DNA of 64,000 bases, from the IMG/VR virus record IMGVR_UViG_3300017917_003893, positions 1-64,000 of that record; one strand, 5' to 3'. A model generated the notes under the pieces. The model was not told the origin of the DNA, made no database searches, and worked only from the letters and a program-made list of their open reading frames with translations. Of this stretch, positions 58,063-64,000 are shown piece after piece. Both the position numbers and the translations under genes were made by a program. Each line of letters starts with the position of its first letter. The stretch's first letter is position 1. This DNA comes from a virus.

Positions 58063-59781
58063 ATGGCATCTTATAATCAATTTAGTGCTGGTTCAAATCA
58101 AACAAATTTCGCCTATACAAATGGTGCAGTAGAAAATAAAGGACTATTTAGTAGAATTTTAAGAGGTCTATCATCATATGGTATGAATTATGATGATATG
58201 ATTATCAGAAACCAAGTTGGTGTTGGTATAAACGAAGATCCATTTGCTGCTAGAGGAAATTCAATGTATGACTTTTTCTCACAAAGAGCAGTAGCCTCTG
58301 TGTTAAATAGAAAGTCTATTCCTTATCTTGATAAAGCATATGCTGATAAAAGAAGAATACTTAGAGAATATTCTATTAAAGATGAAATTAGAGACTTTGT
58401 TAGCTCTATTGCTGATGAATCTATTATTTATAATGATGATAAAGACTTTTGCTCACCAAAACCACTTTCTAATGACTATTCACAAGAAGTTAAGGACAAG
58501 TATCAAGAATTTTTTGAAAAAATATATCATAAATTTGGATTTTCAGATAGTATAACCGCTTGGAATATGATGAAGGATTTCTTAATTGATGGTTATATTG
58601 CACTTGAAATTATTTATGATGATAAGAAAAAGAATATTATTGGATTTAATAGATTAAGACCAGACACTTTAGTTCCGGCATTTGAGCCTAGTATTGGTCA
58701 CCTTTGGATTCAGTTTCCAGAAGATCCTCAATTAAGAAGAATATTCCTTGACTCTCAGATAGTTTATATATCATACTCTAGTCAGAATGATTACTCAGAG
58801 ACTTCATATGTTGAAGGTTTAATTAAGCCTTATAACCAGTTAAAAATTCTTGAGCAAACAAGAATTATGTTTAACATTATCAATGCTACTGTTTATCAAA
58901 AGTTTACTATTCCTATCAAAGGTTTATCAAGACAAAGAGCTGAAGAACAAATAGGTCAACTAATTAATGATTATTCTGAAGAAGTTGAATGGGATGATAC
59001 TTTAGGTACATTGACTATTAATGGCGCTAAACACTTACCTTATAATAAGCAAATATGGTTTCCTGAGGGAGATGCTGGTACACCTGCTATGGAGTTAGTA
59101 TCACCAGAAGGTCACAATCTTAATGAGAATGATATGTTAACTTGGTTCTACAATGCTTTGAAAAGAGCATCTAGAATTCCTTTTCAAAGATTTGATAAAG
59201 AAAATGGTGGTGGTAACTTGATTAATGACTCTGCTGATATGACAAGAGATGAGATTAAGTTTTATAGTTTCATAAGTCGTTTAAGAGCAAATTTCAAAGA
59301 ATTGATAGTTAAGCCACTTAAACTACAACTTTTAATTGAATTTCCAGAACTTAAAGAAGATGAGATATTATTAAATCAAATTGATATATCATTTAATTCT
59401 AATCAAGTATTTGAAGAATGGAAAAAATTAAATAACTTATCTAAAAAGGCTGAAATATTTGGAACTTTAGTTGGTGTTATGAACGGTGATAAACCTTACT
59501 TCCACGTTGAGTACTTAATGGATCATGTTTTCAAACTAAGTCCAGAAGATAAAGCTGAAAATCAAAAATATTGGGCTAAAGATGCCGCTGGTGTTGCTGC
59601 TGGTGGTGCCGCTGGAGCTGAGGGTGCTCCTGCTGAAGGTGGTGAAGCGCCTGTTGAGGGTGGTGAAGCACCAGCTGAAGGTGGTGAGACTGCTGCACCT
59701 GAGGCACAAGCCGCTCCTGAGACTCCTCCTGCTGAAGGTGGTGGAGAGGCCGAAGGTGGTGGAGCTGAATTTGAGTTCTAA
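58063..59781 (+). CDS. gp20: Portal protein (T4 gp20-like)
   Basis: FLIDG, KPYNQLKILE, RAEE, L.RASRIP..R, TRDEIKF..FI.RLR..F motifs. Confidence 0.9.
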   Translation: MASYNQFSAGSNQTNFAYTNGAVENKGLFSRILRGLSSYGMNYDDMIIRNQVGVGINEDPFAARGNSMYDFFSQRAVASVLNRKSIPYLDKAYADKRRILREYSIKDEIRDFVSSIADESIIYNDDKDFCSPKPLSNDYSQEVKDKYQEFFEKIYHKFGFSDSITAWNMMKDFLIDGYIALEIIYDDKKKNIIGFNRLRPDTLVPAFEPSIGHLWIQFPEDPQLRRIFLDSQIVYISYSSQNDYSETSYVEGLIKPYNQLKILEQTRIMFNIINATVYQKFTIPIKGLSRQRAEEQIGQLINDYSEEVEWDDTLGTLTINGAKHLPYNKQIWFPEGDAGTPAMELVSPEGHNLNENDMLTWFYNALKRASRIPFQRFDKENGGGNLINDSADMTRDEIKFYSFISRLRANFKELIVKPLKLQLLIEFPELKEDEILLNQIDISFNSNQVFEEWKKLNNLSKKAEIFGTLVGVMNGDKPYFHVEYLMDHVFKLSPEDKAENQKYWAKDAAGVAAGGAAGAEGAPAEGGEAPVEGGEAPAEGGETAAPEAQAAPETPPAEGGGEAEGGGAEFEF

Positions 59782-59799
59782 AATTTACTATAAAAAATT

Positions 59800-59825
59800 A
59801 AACCTCTCGATTGAGAGGTTTTTTT
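59800..59825. terminator. Intrinsic terminator
   Basis: AAACCTCTC-GATT-GAGAGGTTTTTTT. Confidence 0.8.
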
Positions 59826-60264
59826 ATGATGTCATTTTCGGATAAGTGAAGTAGAATGACTTAACTTGGTTATCTATAATTCTTTGGTTAATATCAATTT
59901 GAACTTTAGATTCTAATAAGTCGTTAATTATTTTACCCCACTCTGTTGTTAAAGTCTTTATTTTAATTTCTAATTCTAAAACATTGTTTTCTTTTAGAAT
60001 GAATTTCATAAATTTTATACTTGCTGATGCTTTTGTCAATACATCAAAATCATTTTCATCTATTACTGTGTTTACATATAATACACCAAATGAGTGGGAT
60101 GATATATCTAAAGTAAATTCTATTTTTTTATCTTCTAAAAGTGAACTTAATTTAATTTCTCTCTTGTATTCCGGCCAATTTTTAAAATTAGATAATATAC
60201 TCTCATATTGATCAAGAGTATTATTATCTAGATTTATATTAAATTTCTTTAATAACTCACTCAT
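59824..60264 (-). CDS. Hypothetical protein
   Basis: 146-aa ORF directly downstream of rnr. Confidence 0.65.
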   Translation of the reverse strand: MSELLKKFNINLDNNTLDQYESILSNFKNWPEYKREIKLSSLLEDKKIEFTLDISSHSFGVLYVNTVIDENDFDVLTKASASIKFMKFILKENNVLELEIKIKTLTTEWGKIINDLLESKVQIDINQRIIDNQVKSFYFTYPKMTS

Positions 60265-60265
60265 T

Positions 60266-62143
60266 TTAGAATAATGTGAAATCTATTTGTTTCTTTTCTA
60301 AATCAACTGACTTAACTACAACTTTAATAGGATCACCTAATCTGATTTTATCACCCATTTCATTAGTTATAGTATAGTTGTTTGTATCTACTAACCATTT
60401 TCCTTCAAGTGACTGGTATCTAATCATACCTTCACACTTACTTTCAATTAATTCAACATACATACCCCAATCAGTTACACCTGAAACAATCCCGTCAAAT
60501 ACTTTCCCAATTTTATCAAGTAAGTATTCAGCTTGTTTATATTTAATTGAATCTCTTTGTGCTTTCGCTGCTACTAATTCTCTTGATGAACACCATTTAG
60601 ATTGGTCTTCAATTTTACTTGGATTTCCTTGTTTACCTTTATTTAAGAAATCAAAAAGAATTCTATGTGTAATTAAATCTGGATATCTACGGATAGGTGA
60701 AGTAAAGTGAGAATAGTGAGTAAAACCTAATCCATAGTGTCCAATATTCTTAATTGTATAAGTTGCTTTAGACATACATCTTGTAACTAATGTTTCAATC
60801 ATATTTTCTTCAGGAGTTCCTTTTATTTCTTTTATTAATTTATTTAATGCTTCTTTTATTTGATTAGCATCATCGTTGATAGTTAACTCGTGTTTGAATG
60901 TGTTACAAATATTTACTAATTCATTTAATTTATCCATGTTTGGTGTATCGTGTACACGATAAACATTTGTCCATCCAGCTTCTGATAAAGTTTTAGCTAC
61001 CGACTTGTTAGCAAGTAACATAAACTCTTCAATTAACTTATTAGCTTCTTTTTGTTCTTTGAAATAAACTCCAATAGGTTTCTTATTATCTTCGGCTAAT
61101 TTGAATCTTACTTCAATACCACCCATTTCAATTGAACCTTCTTTAATTCTTTTCTTGCGAATTTTTTTAGCCAATTGGTCTAATAATCTAATCTCACTTG
61201 AATAATCACCATCGTTACCTTCAATTATTTCTTGAGCTTCTTCATAAGTGAATCTTCTATCCGAATGAATAACTGTTTTGCCTTGCCAAGAATCTAATAT
61301 GTTAGCATCTTTATCTAAAGTAAAGATTACAGAAAATGCTAATCTGTCTTCATTTGGTTTTAATGAGCATATACCATTACTTAATCTTTCTGGTAACATT
61401 GGTACACATCTATCGACTAAGTAGACAGAGGTTGCTCTTTTATAAGCCTCTTTATCTAATTCTGAATCTGGTTTAACATAGTGACCTACATCTGCTATAT
61501 GAACACCAACTTCTATTTTATCTCCTTTTACTTCTATTGAAAGTGCGTCATCAAAATCTCTAGCATCTACTGGGTCAATAGTCAATGTTGTAATACTTCT
61601 CATATCTTTACGAGATGATATTTCTTTTTCACTAATAACTTCAGGAACCAAAAATGATTCATTGATAACTTCTTGTGGAAATTCAACAGGTAAACCATAC
61701 TCAATCATAATTGAGTTCATCTCTGTATTGTTATCTCCAGAGTTACCTAAAATCTTTGTAATTTTTCCTTGAGGTGATTTTGAGTCTTCCCATTTTGTTA
61801 GTTCGACTACAACCTTTTGGTCGTTTTCAGCTTTTAACCCACCTTTGACGTAAAAGTCTACTGGAATTTTATTACTATCCGGAACAACAAATATAGTTTT
61901 TTTACCTATCTGTACTCTACCAACGAACTCTTTTTTAAATCTTGAAATAACTTCAATTACTTTTCCTTCTAATTTTTTTTCAGCTTTAAATATTTCTATT
62001 TTAACTTTATCTAAATGTAAAGAAGTGTGAGTATTTTTTTTATAAATGAATATTTCTTTTTCTTGTACTGTTAGAGATGCGTTACCGTTCGTTGAAAACT
62101 CTATTTGTCCTTCAAACACATCTCCCTCTTTTAATTCTATCAT
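60266..62143 (-). CDS. rnr: Ribonuclease R (RNB family)
   Basis: TIDPVDARDFDDALS, VHIADV, LIEEFMLLAN, YSHFTSPIRRYPDL, and a C-terminal S1 domain. Confidence 0.95.
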   Translation of the reverse strand: MIELKEGDVFEGQIEFSTNGNASLTVQEKEIFIYKKNTHTSLHLDKVKIEIFKAEKKLEGKVIEVISRFKKEFVGRVQIGKKTIFVVPDSNKIPVDFYVKGGLKAENDQKVVVELTKWEDSKSPQGKITKILGNSGDNNTEMNSIMIEYGLPVEFPQEVINESFLVPEVISEKEISSRKDMRSITTLTIDPVDARDFDDALSIEVKGDKIEVGVHIADVGHYVKPDSELDKEAYKRATSVYLVDRCVPMLPERLSNGICSLKPNEDRLAFSVIFTLDKDANILDSWQGKTVIHSDRRFTYEEAQEIIEGNDGDYSSEIRLLDQLAKKIRKKRIKEGSIEMGGIEVRFKLAEDNKKPIGVYFKEQKEANKLIEEFMLLANKSVAKTLSEAGWTNVYRVHDTPNMDKLNELVNICNTFKHELTINDDANQIKEALNKLIKEIKGTPEENMIETLVTRCMSKATYTIKNIGHYGLGFTHYSHFTSPIRRYPDLITHRILFDFLNKGKQGNPSKIEDQSKWCSSRELVAAKAQRDSIKYKQAEYLLDKIGKVFDGIVSGVTDWGMYVELIESKCEGMIRYQSLEGKWLVDTNNYTITNEMGDKIRLGDPIKVVVKSVDLEKKQIDFTLF

Positions 62144-62156
62144 ATGAGTATTCTAT

Positions 62157-62552
62157 TTAAGAAATCTCATTTTGTTTATCTCTCTTTGATATATTATCAA
62201 CCCCATACTTCTCTATAAGAGTCTTTTTCATCTTATTTAAGACTTTTTTATTTTGTATTGGGTAGTCAACTCCAAAATTTTTTCTTAAAGTTTGTTTTCT
62301 TTTAGATTCTGAACATTTTCTACAATAGTATTCTCCCCATGGGTTATCATATTTTACATAATTTTTAAAGATAACTTCTTTTTCCACACCACAACTATCA
62401 CATTTACATTTTATTTTATAGTGTGATCCTTTAGACATTAATTCGATAGGTATTTTTACAATCTCTCCTATTGACACGTCATATCCTAAATCATCATAGT
62501 ACTGATAATTTGATTCATTTATTTTAATTTCTATCTCTCTAGTAAGGATCAT
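62157..62552 (-). CDS. Zinc-binding protein resembling N-terminal modules of phage endonucleases (no nuclease domain)
   Basis: CKCDSCG, YCRKC, and two K.T...K(N/Y).GVD repeats. Confidence 0.55.
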   Translation of the reverse strand: MILTREIEIKINESNYQYYDDLGYDVSIGEIVKIPIELMSKGSHYKIKCKCDSCGVEKEVIFKNYVKYDNPWGEYYCRKCSESKRKQTLRKNFGVDYPIQNKKVLNKMKKTLIEKYGVDNISKRDKQNEIS

Positions 62553-62724
62553 AAAAAACCGCTCAATTTCTTTTATTTATTAATTTTTTCTTTCTTCCTC
62601 ATGGTTTTTATAGAATATAGTTCCCGTTTGAAACATGAGTTGTCTATAAAAAATCCATCTTAAAAAAAAGGCGGTTTTTCATCGAATATATATACTCTAT
62701 ATTTTAAAAAATAAATACATTTAA

Positions 62725-64000
62725 ATGAAACCAGTTTTAATCGTAGAAAATTCAACTAACGCTCTTATTAGAGAGAACGCTAGTTCTGGTAAGAAGGATT
62801 ATGTTCTTGGTGGTACATTCACAGAATTTGGAGTAAAAAACCGTAATGAAAGAATTTATACTGCTGAAAAATTCCTTCCTGCTCTTCAAGAGCTTAATGA
62901 AAGAATAACCAACCTAGGTGTTGTTTATGGTGAGTTTGATCACCCAGATGTTTTTGACACATCTCTTTCAAGAGCTTCTCACATAATCACAAAAGCAAAC
63001 TATGTTAAAGAATCTAACTTAGTTTCTGGTGAAATCAGATTACTTAATACTTATTGGGGTAAAGAAGCTAAGGCTTTAGTTGATGATGGTTGTCCAGTTT
63101 TCGTATCTTCAAGAGCGGCTGGTATTACTGAATCAGACGGTACTGTTTCTTTAAAGAAATTATTCACTTATGATATCGTTGCTGACCCTGGGTTTGCTTC
63201 TGCAAAGATGAGTGTTAAATCACTTAACGAGTCATTAGGATACAATGAAAACACCAACTTTAGGATATTTGAAATGTCCGATGAGTCAAAAATAAATCAA
63301 CTATTTGATATGAACAAAAATGAATTTGTAACAAAGCAACAGTTAACTGAGTATTCTCAATATTTAGTTAAAGAATTAGCTTCTACTAAGAAAGAAGTTA
63401 AGAGTGCTCTTACTAAAGGTAACCTATCGCCTAAGAAGATGGAGCAACTTTTAGAGTACTATGAAGAGTTGAATGCTACAAATGCTCAAGTTGTTAAGTA
63501 TTTAGATTACTTAGCTGAGAAAGTTCAAATTATGGTTAACGAGAACAAGTCATTGAGAGAAACAACTGACAAACTTATTAAGCATAATGACTACTTAGCA
63601 GAGAATTTAGAAAAAGCTGTTAACTACACTGAGTATTTAGCTGAAAACTTAGACAAGAACATTGAATATTCTGAGTATTTAGCTGAGAACTTAGATAAGA
63701 ACATTTCTTATGCTGAGTACATCGCTGAAAATCTTGATAAGAACATTTCTTATTCAGAATACTTAGCTGAAAATCTTGATAAAAATATTGAATACTCTGA
63801 GTATTTAGCTGAGAATTTAGATAAGAATATCGCTTACTCTGAATATATCGCTGAAAACCTAGACAAAAATATCGCTTACTCTGAGTATATCGCTGAACAT
63901 GTTGATAACTCAATTGCATATTCTGAATATTTAGCAGAACATGTTGAAGGTAACATCGCTTACTCTGAATACATTGCTGAACATTTAGATGATAATATCG
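62725..64000 (+). CDS. gp21: Prohead protease (T4 gp21-like) fused to a repetitive scaffold-like region, 3'-partial
   Basis: Not in the ORF track because it runs off the window. Frame 1 from ATG 62725: KNRNERIY, GEFDHP, ASH, VSSRAAG, YDIVADPGF, then 14-aa repeats. Confidence 0.9.
   Translation, partial: MKPVLIVENSTNALIRENASSGKKDYVLGGTFTEFGVKNRNERIYTAEKFLPALQELNERITNLGVVYGEFDHPDVFDTSLSRASHIITKANYVKESNLVSGEIRLLNTYWGKEAKALVDDGCPVFVSSRAAGITESDGTVSLKKLFTYDIVADPGFASAKMSVKSLNESLGYNENTNFRIFEMSDESKINQLFDMNKNEFVTKQQLTEYSQYLVKELASTKKEVKSALTKGNLSPKKMEQLLEYYEELNATNAQVVKYLDYLAEKVQIMVNENKSLRETTDKLIKHNDYLAENLEKAVNYTEYLAENLDKNIEYSEYLAENLDKNISYAEYIAENLDKNISYSEYLAENLDKNIEYSEYLAENLDKNIAYSEYIAENLDKNIAYSEYIAEHVDNSIAYSEYLAEHVEGNIAYSEYIAEHLDDNI
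63592..64000 (+). repeat. 42-bp/14-aa tandem repeat Y(L/I)AE(N/H)(L/V)DKNIxYSE, 9 full copies plus a partial one
   Basis: Units start at 63592+42n; synonymous positions have diverged while the peptide is conserved. Confidence 0.95.

Noticed and set aside
5320-60710. Short antisense or overlapping ORFs inside long genes (e.g. 5320, 6713, 15586, 22133, 32443, 39433, 39767, 43385, 58328, 60378)
   Set aside because: They overlap well-supported CDSs and have no motifs or expression signals of their own.
63592-64000. 42-bp repeats as a CRISPR array, and the antisense ORF 63620..63919
   Set aside because: There are no unique spacers, and variation falls at synonymous positions of the plus-strand protein.
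1-64000. Stop-codon reassignment as seen in some jumbo phages
   Set aside because: Conserved genes are full length and densely packed under code 11; stops are mostly TAA with occasional TGA.

Overview
This 64-kb AT-rich window is part of a large (jumbo-type) myovirus genome with T4-like morphogenesis genes scattered over both strands: terminase, portal, prohead protease, tail sheath and tube, gp25-, gp15-, gp26-, gp4- and gp2-like genes, and a gp55-like late sigma. It also carries replication/recombination genes (clamp loader, gp47/Mre11 nuclease) and host-like auxiliary genes (type II glutamine synthetase, RNase R, ClpS). A perfect TTTG-N19-TAnnTTTG promoter, SD-less leaders and a Gln-exposing signal peptide point to a Bacteroidota host. 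Main observations: (1) a >1,590-aa fibre with proline-free Ser/Thr Gly-X-Y tracts converges on an operon for nucleotide-heptose synthesis plus a GT4::Aah/TibC-type O-heptosyltransferase fusion, a candidate phage protein heptosylation system; (2) about 14 unrelated late proteins, including enzymes, share an N-terminal M-K/R-H/Y-L/I-K-x-F-(N/E)-E-like peptide resembling the T4 capsid-targeting sequence; (3) the prohead protease is fused to a scaffold-like 14-aa repeat carrying an L/I-A-E site in every unit; (4) two phage-specific promoter classes (TAATATATA and AAAC(T/A)(T/A)-N16-TAnAnn) separate late from non-late genes. All calls come from motif recognition by eye; no searches were run. No tRNA, rRNA or CRISPR array was recognised.
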